The notes under the pieces were generated by a model. That model searched no databases. It worked only from the letters and a program-made list of their open reading frames with translations, and was not told where the DNA came from. Positions 26,065-41,661 of a stretch of 64,000 nucleotides of DNA are shown piece after piece (position 1 is the stretch's first letter; each line of letters opens with the position of its first letter). The position numbers and the translations under genes are program-made. This DNA comes from the human T2T-CHM13v2.0 reference genome, Homo sapiens. The stretch lies in NCBI RefSeq assembly GCF_009914755.1, contig NC_060928.1; one strand, given 5' to 3'.

Positions 26065-26990
26065 ATTTTAGAGCTACAGGGCACTTAAATTCAGTCTAGT
26101 TTTGTCATTTAAGCAATAGAGAAATTTATTTAAATTTCTCTATTATTTATTTAAGCATTTTAAATTTAAATTTATTTATGTAAGCAATTTATTTATTTAT
26201 TTAACAAATAAATAAATTATTTATTTAATTATTTAACAAATAAATAAATTATTTATTTAATTATTTATTTAACAAATAAATTATTTATTTAATTATTTAT
26301 TTAACAAATAAATAAATTATTTAATTATTTAACAAATAAATAAATTATTTAATTATTTAACAAATAAATTATTTAATTATTTAACAAATAAATTATTTAA
26401 TTATTTAACAAATAAATCATTTAATTATTTAACAAATAAATCATTTAATTATTTAACAAATAAATAAATCATTTAATTATTTAACAAATAAATAAATCAT
26501 TTAATTATTTAACAAATAAATAAATCATTTAATTATTTAACAAATAAATAAATCATTTAATTATTTAACAAATAAATAAATCATTTAATTATTTAACAAA
26601 TAAATAAATTATTTAATTATTTAACAAATAAATTATTTAATTATTTAACAAATAAATTATTTATTTAATTATTTAACAAATAAATTATTTATTAATAATT
26701 TAATTAATAAATAAATTATTTAATTATTTAATTAATAAATAAATTATTTAATTATTTAATTAATAAATAAATTATTTAATTATTTAATTAATAAATTATT
26801 TAATTATTTAATAAATAATTAAGCAAATTATTTAAGCAATTTAAATTTAAATTTCTCTATTATTTATTTAAGCAATAAAAATTATTGCTTAAATTTACAC
26901 ATTTAAGCAATAGAGAAGCAGGGAAGTGTAGTGACTCCCCTAAGGCAATGCAATAGGCAATGGCAGTACTGGGACTATCTCAAGTTGCAT
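26065..26990 (-). mobile_element. MIR remnant split by an AT-rich insert
   Basis: Left 'ttttagagctacagggcactta...tctag..tcattt' and right 'gtagtgactcccctaagg...atggcagtactgggact' join into one MIR-like core. Confidence 0.55.
26124..26899. repeat. AT-rich minisatellite / complex tandem insert (24-28-bp units)
   Basis: Units ttatttaacaaataaataaatcatttaa (five copies 26449-26588) and ttatttaacaaataaatyatttaa; no G on the + strand over 26185-26822. Confidence 0.95.
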
Positions 26991-28852
26991 TGTGACTTGT
27001 CCATTTCAGGTATTAAGAAATCTGAGTAAAACACTCTGCCAAAGAGTTGCTGATGATATTGGCAATTCCAGACAGTGACAAAATGTGGGGCTGATCATTT
27101 GGAACAAGAAAACTTTCTCACATGTCTACCATGAGACAATAGAGTTAGCTGTGTTTTTTCCATAGTAATGACCAGTCACTTCACACTGATTTAAGGAAAG
27201 AATGTGAAACGCATATGGTATTATATTTTCATTTGGCACCGGTGAGATTTTTACTTGTCACATATAACCTACATTCCATCCAGTAAAAGTGAGAAGCTGA
27301 ATCTGGAGAAAGTTATTAAAGTTACCACGATATTCAGGTTCCAGTTTTTATTTTCCTCAAATAATTAATATTGATTATTTTCTGTTTCAATATATACAAA
27401 ATTACTGGAAAAAAGGAATTATTAATGTTGACTTGATTAGTACCTTAAAAAAGCAGACAGATCTGGACTAAATCATACTTAAATATTCCTAATTCTCATT
27501 GCTATTGCTACTACTAATATGAAAGAATTTATTTTTATTTTTGAAATAAACTTCAAACTGGTAGATAATTTTTTTCTAATTTGTATAAGTATTTTTACAA
27601 AGATATGCATTAATAGTCAACTTTGAAAAACTATTTCAAAAATTAGAATACTGATATCTGATTTATTTAAAGTTTTAGTCTTCTTTATTTGGAGAAATAT
27701 ACTGGTTTAGCAAAATTACTCGATAGTTTTACTGCCAATACAAATTAAATTGTTAGTCATGCTTTCAGGAAATAATATTTCTTTGAAATTCTTTGACTAT
27801 TTTGTCTACTGCATGAACCACTCTTCTGTTGACCATATTTTCATAGCATTCTATGCTATTTTGTTCCAATAGAATTTCAGTTTGAGCAAAACATTTTCAA
27901 TCTCAGCTGTTGGCATCTGTATTGTTGAAAATTTGAGAAATACACCAAGTAAAGAGAGATGAATTACTGATAAGCTTTTCACTTAAATTTTTGCTCTGTA
28001 GTTAACATTACAATAACTCAGCTCTAATGACAAATTTCTATTCTGTATGATTTTAACCTAAGAAGAAAAGGTGAAACAGAAGAAGTCAAGGTGGAAAACC
28101 AGGTATAATTCTGTGTTGAATATTAAAACACATCGGTAAACACTACACTCAAGAACAGAAGTGTAGAGATAAGCATGTCACATGAACACTTCAAGAAGTT
28201 ACTATTAATATTGATTGGATTTTCCTCAGGCTGGAATACATTTTGCCTATCAGAAAGTAACAACTGCATAAATTTTACTCAGTAAGAAAGCTTTTCTTAA
28301 AGTAATCATCTGTGCATTTCTGTGTTCATTGTATGTATACACATATATACACATAAATACACATATATCCTCATGCATATGTATATACACATATACAACA
28401 TGTAAAAGCACACAAAGTACTTGTACATATACACACAGGGCTAAAACATTAAACATTATATAAAATAAGGATAAAAGTTAAAAGCATGCTTCCCCAATTG
28501 CTCCCACCAACCATAAGCCTACCATCCAAGAAAATAATTGTTTCCTGTGAATACTTTGAGAATGTATATATGTGTGTCAGTGCTGAAAATAATTTATAGA
28601 AATTGACCTGACCTGAGGCTCCCAAATAATAGCTACCAAACACTCCTACACTCCCGATTAAAACCACCTTTGAAAAACTTACAAAATAACAGTCTAAAAC
28701 AATTTATCTGCTTTTCTCACTTTTCTAAAAAAAGCAAAACTCTAGAATGTTTTAAGTGGGATTGTACTAGGCTTAAAGAATAGAATTTTTGGACCAGCCT
28801 CTCAGGTTGCTGAAAGACCTAATCCTGTCAGCATGACCTCTCTCTACTTCAG

Positions 28853-28942
28853 GCCTAGAGAAAAGTTGTAATGGGATCATCTGAGAAGATGGCATAAGTC
28901 TCCAGGAGCTTGGAAAACTGACGGATCGGAAGACTAAGTTTG
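28853..28942 (+). other. Candidate 90-nt non-coding exon (unverified)
   Basis: Branch-like cctaat ~30 nt upstream, ctctctctacttcag|G acceptor, TG|gtgagt donor; stops in all three frames. Confidence 0.3.
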
Positions 28943-29463
28943 GTGAGTTTCTCTATCCAAGCAGATAAGGGTGCTGCCACGGGTTGGCACGCACTTCTTG
29001 AGCAGAGGATGACAGTGTTTCTTCAGACCACATACAAGCTTCCTGCAAGAGAATACTTTTGTAAAACTATCTTAGATCCTACCTAAGAGGGCTGCGTGTT
29101 AGCCGAAAGAATGTGGAGGTGTCTGCACAAAGCTTATACAGATAGAATCATAACCAACCAACTAGAAGAGATACAATAATTGCCACCAAGATGCTGAAAT
29201 GAGCATTTTTTAAATCTGTCAAATGCAGAAAATAGCAACACTAGTCCACTGAAATACTAATTAAAGAAGAACTTTCCTACTCTGATTTACCGCATGGTAG
29301 GGATGTCAATAAATAATAAGTGATGAAAGCTTATGTTCTGGACCAATCTGGGTGTACTCTGTGCCATGGACATTAAAATGCCGTGTCTGTGCTCAGACAC
29401 ATATAGTCATTATTTTGAAGTTCCAGAGAAACCATCACATTGCACATTTTCCTGACACAGCAA

Positions 29464-29757
29464 TTTTTTTTTTTTTTTTTGAGATGGAGTCTCGCTCTGT
29501 CGCCCAAGCTGGAGTGCAGTGGCGCGATCTCACTGCAAACTCCACCTGCCGGGTTCACGCCATTGTCCTGCCTAAGCCTCCCGAGTAGCTGGGACTACAG
29601 GCACCCACCACCATGCCCAGCTAATTTTTTTTGTATTTTTAGTAGAGACGGGGTTTCACCGTGTTAGCCAGGATGGTCTCATCTCCTGACCTCATGATCT
29701 GCCTGCCTCGGCCTCCCAAAGTGCTGGGATTACAGGCGTGAGCCACCGCGCCCGGCC
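29464..29757 (-). mobile_element. AluY
   Basis: Antisense Y diagnostics 'gttcacgccatt', 'ccgtgttagccaggatggtctc'; CpG-rich; perfect TSD cctgacacagcaatt at 29451-29465 and 29759-29773. Confidence 0.96.
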
Positions 29758-30532
29758 CCCTGACACAGCAATTCTTATCAGCTTTTTTTATATTACACTT
29801 CTTCAATTTGTGTTCTTTAGTTACATTCCAGAGGGCTGGTGTCTATGCCAAAGTAGGTCATTAATTTGTCCAGGGCGTAGTAAGACATATTGAACACAGG
29901 CAATTCCTTAGGCACTCATTAAGATACAAAAAGTTCACATATTCTCCTAATGCCATATGGTGGGAACCTGCTGAACCTAACTAGTCTTATTAATGCCCTC
30001 TCTCTCTCTCTTTGCCCTGCCATTCTGAACTATTCCAGTTAGCTCTTTACATTCGGAATTCTCTAAGCTAATAGTCAATATTATCAATGCCTTTGGAAGT
30101 CATCAAAACTCAAAGAGACCTTTGTCAAGCTCTCACTACTCTCTGTCTCTGTGGGACTGGAGTAAGCCTTAACTGGAGTTGTAATACAACTCAACAGTTT
30201 TCAGCTAGGAAATCAACTTTCATTTCCTCATAATTATAAGTATCCTAAATTTTATGAATTCTTCTCTTAAAATCCTCCTACCTTTTCTTCAGATAAAATC
30301 AGCATTTTGATTCTCAAAGTTATATAAGATGTAATGAAGTAAAATACTCAGGCCAATAACAAACAATTTCAATTTTTTTTGAATTTCTAACATTTTCATA
30401 AACACTGGAAAATGGTGATGGGTTTAAACACCAGAAATTCTCTTCACCACCCTCGATTCCTTAGAAGAGACAATTAGCAGTGTTCTGTGATTTCTTCTTA
30501 GAACCTATGTGGGATTATTAGGTCCACTGTGG

Positions 30533-32923
<2,391 letters not shown>

Positions 32924-33174
32924 TTCAGTTTCACATTGACTGTGGGCCCACTGTTTTTAGCTGTAAGACTTCAGATGGATTGCTAGAATACCCATACTGG
33001 GGCTGTTGCACATTTTTTTTTACATTTTTATAGCTGTTAATAAGGCATTTGTTATCCTGTAGAAAGAAAGCATTTATTGATAAGGATTTAATAATCACTG
33101 AAATACACCAGTCACTTTTTTAGTTCCAAGAATACAGCAGATATCAAGAAGACCAAATTGTTTTTATAGGGCTG

Positions 33175-33430
33175 CATTCACTTATTCATTAATTTATTAC
33201 ATTCCATAGGCAATAAGTGATAAATCAAATTATGGAACATGATTGTTTTAGATATACAGTGGGGTAAATTAAACAGGGTGATATGAGACAAACAATGACT
33301 AGGGTGGTCTTGGAAGATAGTATCAAAATCCAAATAACAAGAAGGACCATTTGAGCATTTAGGGACAGCAAGTGCAAAGGCCTTAAAGCAGAATGTTTAG
33401 TGTGTTTGAGAGCACGACTAAAGTAAAGTG
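33175..33430 (-). mobile_element. L2 3' remnant
   Basis: cattcacttattcatt tail and 'acagcaagtgcaaaggcctt...gtgtgtttgag' L2 motif. Confidence 0.6.
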
Positions 33431-33960
33431 AGCATTGGCTTTGATGAGAGGGTTAAAGGGTTAACAGTCTCCTGAAGGAGGCTACGTACATACTTAGTGG
33501 TGTAATTGAGGCCTAAGCCAGAATAAACCCTACATTCTAATGTAGCTAGAAATGTGATCAGTTTCACATAGTTGAATAAACCTGAAAGAGTAGTTTCGTG
33601 AGATTTCTAATATGTATCCAAGGAAGTAGCTTAGTTTAATAAGGCTTAGTCCCAAAGTCATGCCATAAGGAAGGCTAACTCCAAGCTTGGAGATAACACT
33701 AAGCTTTTATGGTTAGTAATGTATCATATTGATGTGAAGAAATTGTGCAAAATTTCTCTGTGTTCTGGGAATGACTGGGAAAATGGCAGTATAGTTCCAT
33801 GCTCACCAAATTGTGGTGATACGTTTATTGACAAATGAGCAAAATTCTATTTATGAACATATCAGAAAGTAGGGTCTGGGCTCTTGGCACAATCATGAAG
33901 GGATTTTAGGAACTGATACGATGTGACACCATAGGGTAACTTCTTAAATGATCAGGATAC

Positions 33961-33974
33961 ATAGATAGATAGAT

Positions 33975-34021
<47 letters not shown>
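33961..34021. repeat. (GATA)n tetranucleotide STR with one interruption
   Basis: (atag)3 at (taga)11 read directly. Confidence 0.96.
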
Positions 34022-34059
34022 CATCATTGTGGGAAAATGAGTACATCAAGGAGTACACC

Positions 34060-34520
<461 letters not shown>

Positions 34521-37329
34521 ATAGGGTGTGAAGCATGAGTGTGTACCAAACCTCAACCTCATATTGATATATAGATCTCTGCATTAAACTTCAAATAAAG
34601 AAATAATAATGCCCTGGTAAAATAAATACAAACAAAATTATAAACAAGATAAGGTATTCTCCTTTGAAGACAGTATTAGATTTGAAAGATCAAAATACAT
34701 TTTGAAATTTACATCATCATAATGTAGATCATACAATATATTTCTGGCAGTTCTCCACTTTGCCATATTTGGGCTTGATTTGGAGTTCATGGGCTTTTCT
34801 CTTTGCTTAATACATTTCTACTCACACTTTCTACTGGTAGCTCATTACTGGTGAGCTCCATGTTTCCCTTCAGCCCCCAGTACAGAGCTCACATCTTTCA
34901 GGAAGCCTTTTCCAGATACTACAGCCTTGGCTGGGTATCCTGCTTATGTGCTCTGAAGAATTTCATTTATTAATATAATTTTGGAGCAAAATATATATAT
35001 CTTTAGTAGAAAATTCCTAAGCATATACAACTCAGTGCTTTTGGAGGGTAGTGTAGGAAGTGTATTATATATACATATATATATGCACACAGACAAACAA
35101 ATACACACACAAGAGACATATATATATACAATATATACTGTATTCATAAACAAAGTGACAATAAATTACTAAAGGTGTTAGTGATATCAGAGTTTCAGCT
35201 TTTACTTTTTGAAGCCATAAGGGAGAACAACAGTTTCCCATAAAATGCACCTGAGCTCACCAGGTACCATCACCAGTGTAAAACACGAAACCACTATAAA
35301 GCCTGCTTTTTTTGTTAGTCTTTTCTAACATGTATTGCATCAGAATAGTTTGAAGGAATATAGGAATGATAAGGTTAACACAAATTATATGTAGATTAGA
35401 AAATAATTGAGTATGAAAATGTAAAAATGAAACTATCTATTTCCTCGGAATTTTGGCTTGCAACCTTGTTCAGGCTGATCAACCATCCAAATAGTTCTCC
35501 CTTGAGAGTTCTCTGCTAACCGGAGGCCTAAAATATAAGAAGCTAAAAGTCTCCACTGATTGGATATTTTTGTGGATAATTATTCTATACCATTTAATTT
35601 TTTTCTCAAGTTTGTATCCTTGGCTCTGTGGCTTAAGATTTAATTTTAATACTATTTTTAAATGGCAGTGGCTATTTTATCATGCCCTGTGACTTTCTTT
35701 CTTTTATAAAATAAATAAGTACGTATTAGGAACATTTAGATTAGTTAGCTTTTTTCTGGTTTCATGTAGTTTTGTGTTTATCAGATCATTTCATGATCAT
35801 GTAAACACTGGGGAAAGTATTAATTATTTTGTTAGAAGGGTAAATAGCATACATTGAAAGCTAAACTGGGAAACAGAAAGTACCTTTATGAAGAATGAAG
35901 GCAGAAATTTCAGCCAAATTAGGATGCATGAAATGTGGAAAATTACTGTTTGAATGTTTATCTGAGGAGTAATATAACTGTTCTCAGGAATACCTGTTTT
36001 GGATGATTTATAGTTTTTGACTTGCTTTTGATCTTCATAATTATATTTTCAATTTAAGGGTAATTTACTTATACCTACATGGGACAATGTTAATAGAAAT
36101 GTACAATTGCATTGTTAAATCAGCAATTTAAACACACCAGCTCCCTGTTTTAAATGCATAGCCTTGATGACTGTAAATGTTTTGTTCATAATTACTGCCC
36201 TCATAATTCATATAGGCTGAAAGTGTAGTGAATTTGTGGAAACCACAGTAGCTAATAATACCATTCCTGCAACATCACTAAATTAAATCTCCAAAGGCAA
36301 TTTTAATGTAGGACCAAAAATCTCTACTTGGAAACTAGAAATTCTGCAATGTTATATAACTTGCTTGGTTTATAGCATTTCAAACATCAGCAATTATGCA
36401 TTCAATGTGTAATTCTCTAATTCAGGCAATTATCCTCATTCGAATAAGTGGGCATAGAAATGTAAAAATCACTAAGATTGAACAATTTTCAATTATTAAA
36501 CTTCTTTGCATGAAGACTAACTGCTGGTTGAGAAAAACACATTTACCTAACTCTCTTGTAAGATGTTCCGTGTCGCTAAATTCACAGGTTGGAATTTTGG
36601 AGCTGAAACATTTGTAAAGCATATACTTAAACCGTATAAACATTCTGGGGTACACTGTGAGAAAGTTAAACTGTCTTACCACAAAAGAAACCTATGCAGC
36701 AGCTACCTATGTAATATTTGTGTGATCTGGGGGCCAAGAAGCAGATGGGAAGTGGTTCCCAGAGCACCTCTGCAGCTGGAATGCCACGTGGCAACTATGG
36801 GAGAATCTATGCTTTCCTGAAGAGCTCCATGCCCAGCGTCCTGGAATTAGGGTCTGCATTAGACCCAGTGAACATCCTGAAAACATGAAAAGCCAATGGA
36901 CTGTGTACATTTCCCCTCTAGGAGATTTCGTTTCTCTCAGGGGATAATGATGAGTGGATCCTGCAGTTTTCCTTCTCTATCAACGGGGTGGTAAGGCAGG
37001 CAACAGTCCGCTCAAGGCAAAGTGAGGGAGAGAACAAAAGGGCACACCTGTACCAGTCCCTCCATCCCACAGCCTGTCTTTGTCAAATCAAACCCATACT
37101 TGCTGGTGTGTTACTCAGGAAGATGACTTCTTTAAGACTCACCTAGAAATTCATAGGAAGGAAGGAAGGAAGAGAGTATAGGAACAAATCCATTTGAAAC
37201 AAAGTCAAATAACTTAAGAAAGTTAAAGATAATGAATGTTGGAAACTAAATGGGCTAAAATGATCTTTCAGATTTCTAAATTTAAAATAAATTGCTCAAG
37301 TCTGGGACTTCTAAACCTCTAGACTAGGC

Positions 37330-37510
37330 CTTCTTATACTAGGAATAAATACACAGAAAAGACTGGTGCAAAAGACAGAATCCGAAAAGATTATTCAAGA
37401 GATTTAATGAGGACACTATATACAGAGGGCATTGATAATGGTGTTGAGAGGCTCCAGAGACTAGCAACAGTGAGAGGACATTAGCAACCTAAGCCTTAAC
37501 GGGGAGAACT
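37330..37510. mobile_element. Ancient LTR fragment (family uncertain)
   Basis: 'gagatttaatgaggacactatatacagagg...ccagagactagcaacagtgag..cattagcaacctaagcct' resembles old mammalian LTR motifs. Confidence 0.35.
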
Positions 37511-39799
37511 AGGGCAACCCCACCTCCACCAGAATGATAGTGTCTATGTAATGAATTCATATGTGTCAAAAATAATAATGAGTTTCTAGATTTTTTTTTT
37601 TTTTAGTTTAAAGCAAAAGAGACTACTAAGGAAATGCAGCAATATTGGCAGATGGCTTCTGCCTAATTCAAACCTTGCTTCTATTATTATAGGAAAACTA
37701 CATTGAGTGCTCCATAAAATCATGTTCAAACTTTTTTGGCACAAAAGCAAACAAAACATAAAACAGTATGTGGTCAGAAAAATAAAAGAGCTACAATGCT
37801 TTGGGGACCCAGAATATAAGTAAATGGGGAAAGTATGGAAGGCATTGCAGATAAATTTTTGATCCGTACTTTGCAACAAGAGTAGAAATTTAACTTAAAA
37901 AGATAAATAGAAGTAATGGGAAGGGTGGCTTGGAAATGTTGAAGATATTTGAGAACAGTTAGCAAATTGGAGTGTTCCATGTACTTATTTAGAACTGGTG
38001 ATCCAGAGGACAATTTTCTAATAAACTAATTAAATTAATCCTAGCTTGGACCCTGTCTGGTGTATCTTTATTTTGATTTTTCACTCCACTATACTATCAA
38101 GGACTTTCTGTATATCTTGATTACCAAGTGAGTGAAGAACAGGAGAGCTATAAAAATGTTAATATTCATATTAATAATAGTTTATATTTTTATATTAGCT
38201 TTCAAAGAAAACCACAAAGTATTTCTTCACATTTGGGTGACTGCGCATGATGTAAATGAACCTCAGCACTGTCTGACAGTAAATGTAAAATGTGTTACTT
38301 TATCAAAAACTCCATTTTTTGTTTTTTTAGCTCTTTAGAATAGTTCACTAAAACTCAGTATATCAGCTAATCTCTAAAATGATCCTAGCAGAACTTCAGC
38401 TGCATGAGTAAATATTTTCCTGGCAGCTGGTATTACATTATGAACAAATGCTTTACATTCATTCATTCTAATTGCACCCATTCCCCCCAATCAATCAATG
38501 AAGCTTTAACTATACAGTTGATGATTTTCTTTCTGTTTGTCAGGGAACTTAATAAAAACTCTACATTCTGAAGCTATCAGCCCAACTGACCATCGTGATG
38601 AATGAAGTTTCTTTTAAATAAAAGTATATTATTGCCAGAGAAGAGATTCATAAAAATCAGATGTATTAAGAGTTCATCCCTGAAGGACAGGTTCATACAT
38701 CTTTCTCTCTCTGAAAGACCAGGGAGTTCTAAACTTTCTAGGAAACCATGGTGGCTCTGTGCTACCAGAAAACAAATGCTGCAAAGTAGAGCATATGGCC
38801 TAGCATAGGAAATTCATTTTTATTTTTTTACACGCCCTTAGATCACTTTTAGGGCCAAATTTTGCTCTGGGATACTTAATTCTCATTGAATTCAAGGGCT
38901 GCTGCCTGCTGTGAGGTAAATGTGACTATAATTTTTAGAAAGTTTTATTTCTAAAACAGAAAATAGCTCAAAGAACTCAAGAATGATCTGCTATGTAAAC
39001 TAAAACGGTAATATAAATTCCAGGGACACGTTTTCTAGTTCTCGGGCTTTGATTCATTTTAGCTTATATTTGAAAAATAGGAAACAGGTGATTATCTGGA
39101 CAGATTCGCGCTTTCACATTTTGTTTGATCTTTCCAGTGAAAGGAAGTCAATTGTTTTATTTTCTAAAAGAGATAATTGCCATAATTATGTACCTGTTGT
39201 GTAGAAATTACCAGAAAAGACAATACTCAATTGATAAACTCCTCAATATGATTTCATAAACTCACGAGTGCCACAGGTTCTGTCTGTGCATCTGGAAACA
39301 TGACGAATAGGCAGAATGGGGTATTGTACAATCTATCAGGCTTTGGAGTGCTGTGATAAATGAATCTATTAACACATAATGTTCCCATTTACTCTAGAAT
39401 TATCTTCAGACTGAATTATAGACTAAATTTATCCTCATTAACCCTCCATACAGCAGCTTATAAAATAATATTACTCACCATAACATTAATTACTAGAAAT
39501 ATCAATTAGAAAGATGTGAAGCCATTCAGATTTTGAGGGGCAAATTTTCTAAAGAGAGATCACACTTAATTATATATGCTCAACATGCAGGCTCTCTCCA
39601 TCAAATCTAAGACTGAACTCCATATCTTTTTTTGTCTTTTATTCCAGAGACTTACAGAATTAAAAATCTTTACTTACCAAAGACTTCTTACCAAATGGAC
39701 CAATTATTGAGACAAGTTGATTGAAACTCTAATTGCATTAGGTCCTTTATTTTTATTACCCATCAACAGTAAATTAATGATTTGGAGACGCTTAGACAC

Positions 39800-39995
39800 A
39801 AAACTTCATTTCTCCAGCATGTGAACTTGGGCCAATTACCTACCCTCTTCTTTCTTTAATTGCCTCATATATAAAACTGTGGTAATAATGGCATCAACCC
39901 CAAAGAATTGTTGCAAGCTTTAAATGAAGGAATATGGTAATATGTAAAGTGCCTAGAACAAAGCCTGGTGAATAATAGGTATTCAGTTGAAAGAT
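39800..39995 (+). mobile_element. MIR
   Basis: 'tgtgaacttgggccaattacct...cctcatatataaaactgtggtaataat...atgtaaagtgcctagaaca..gcctgg'. Confidence 0.8.
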
Positions 39996-40188
39996 TCATT
40001 TCATTTTCATAAATCATACAGATTTTAATAAAGACATATTTAGCCTTTTTATAATTCTTCCATAGATTGGTGTTTATCTTTGTATATATACACGCAATGT
40101 TCAGCATTGGTTGTTGCTGTGTCTACTGACTCCATTTAGGGAGCTTGTGACATGCTTTTATAAATAACTTGTAGAAACATGGAGACTG

Positions 40189-40500
<312 letters not shown>

Positions 40501-40984
40501 AGAAACATGGAGACTGAGGCAAGGGATACCCCAAGGGACAATAGCAAATCTCCATTAAAGCTGTAAATAGAACACTAGAGTTTTATCTTCCAGTCCAGTG
40601 CTCACACTAATAGGATAGACTTTGCTCCCTCTTCCATGGGAACATTCTAAGTTTTCTTTAAAGTGAATATACTCTTCACAGGCTTAGAATTGCCTGTAAT
40701 TGTTCACATGGGGACTCTCAGCAAAGATGTGGTAAAGGTTCCATCTGCATGGCTTCATTTCAAGGGCCTAAAGCTTTGTGCCTCCTCAGAAATAGAGCTG
40801 CCAAAAGAGCTGCCAAAAACAATTTTGCTTCCAGTGTCGCCTGCAAAACTTCAAACTGGATTCTTATTTTTCGTTACTGTCGAAAATTAATAAAATGTCA
40901 TGTTTCTTTCTTGGTGGATAAAATTGGAAAAGCTGCTGTAAGAACACTTTGTTCATAGATATGCTCGTCAGATTATACAAATTA

Positions 40985-41661
40985 TGTAAAGTGATAATAT
41001 TAACCTTTCCCTCAGCCCTGTGCTTGTGGAAAATAATGATGATTAAGAAATAACCCCATCATTTTGTGCTCCCCAAACAGCTTTATTGCAAAGAAAGAAA
41101 GAACCACCCTTCCCCATATAACTTCGATAAAATTCATGGAGCCCTCTTTGAAACCCATGTCAAGGTCAGATACAGACTCTCCAAATTTCCCTTCTTTGTC
41201 TCATGAAAGATTAGCTGACTCTTTGTACAGACTGACTAATCTGGACAAAATACCTGCTGCCTTAACTTGACCAAATTTTAATTAAGCTTTTTTCTTCCCC
41301 CACAGCCCTGAACTTTGACTCCCTCTCTGCCAAAGCCAGCATTAGCATGAAGTGTGGAATAACCCTCCCTTAAGAGATCCTCCCCTCCCTTCAGAGAACA
41401 TTTCCTGCTCAAATGTCAGATCACTTTGCCCTCTCAACCCACTCACCCATACCCAGTTTCTTTTCCTTATTTACTCCTGCCTATAAAAGAACATTTCTTT
41501 CTGCTTGACCCTTGTAAAGTTCATAGATCTTATGGTCAGAGGAGTCTCTCCACTGCCATTGTTCCCATCACCTACAGCAATAAATTGTTCCCTCCTTTAT
41601 TGCAATAATCCTTTTGAAAAAGTGTCTCTGTGCCTAAGTCCAGATTTGCTTTTATTTGACA
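40985..41661 (+). mobile_element. ERV1-class solo LTR, MER67/MER31-like
   Basis: TG...CA termini, 'aacttgaccaaattttaattaagctt...cccacagccctgaactttg', TATA-like cctataaaag at ~41480, 3' end 'tattgcaataatc...ttttatttgaca'. Confidence 0.7.

Noticed and set aside
26124-26899. Regularly spaced repeats superficially like a CRISPR array
   Set aside because: There are no unique spacers or cas genes and the context is eukaryotic; it is a tandem AT-rich minisatellite.
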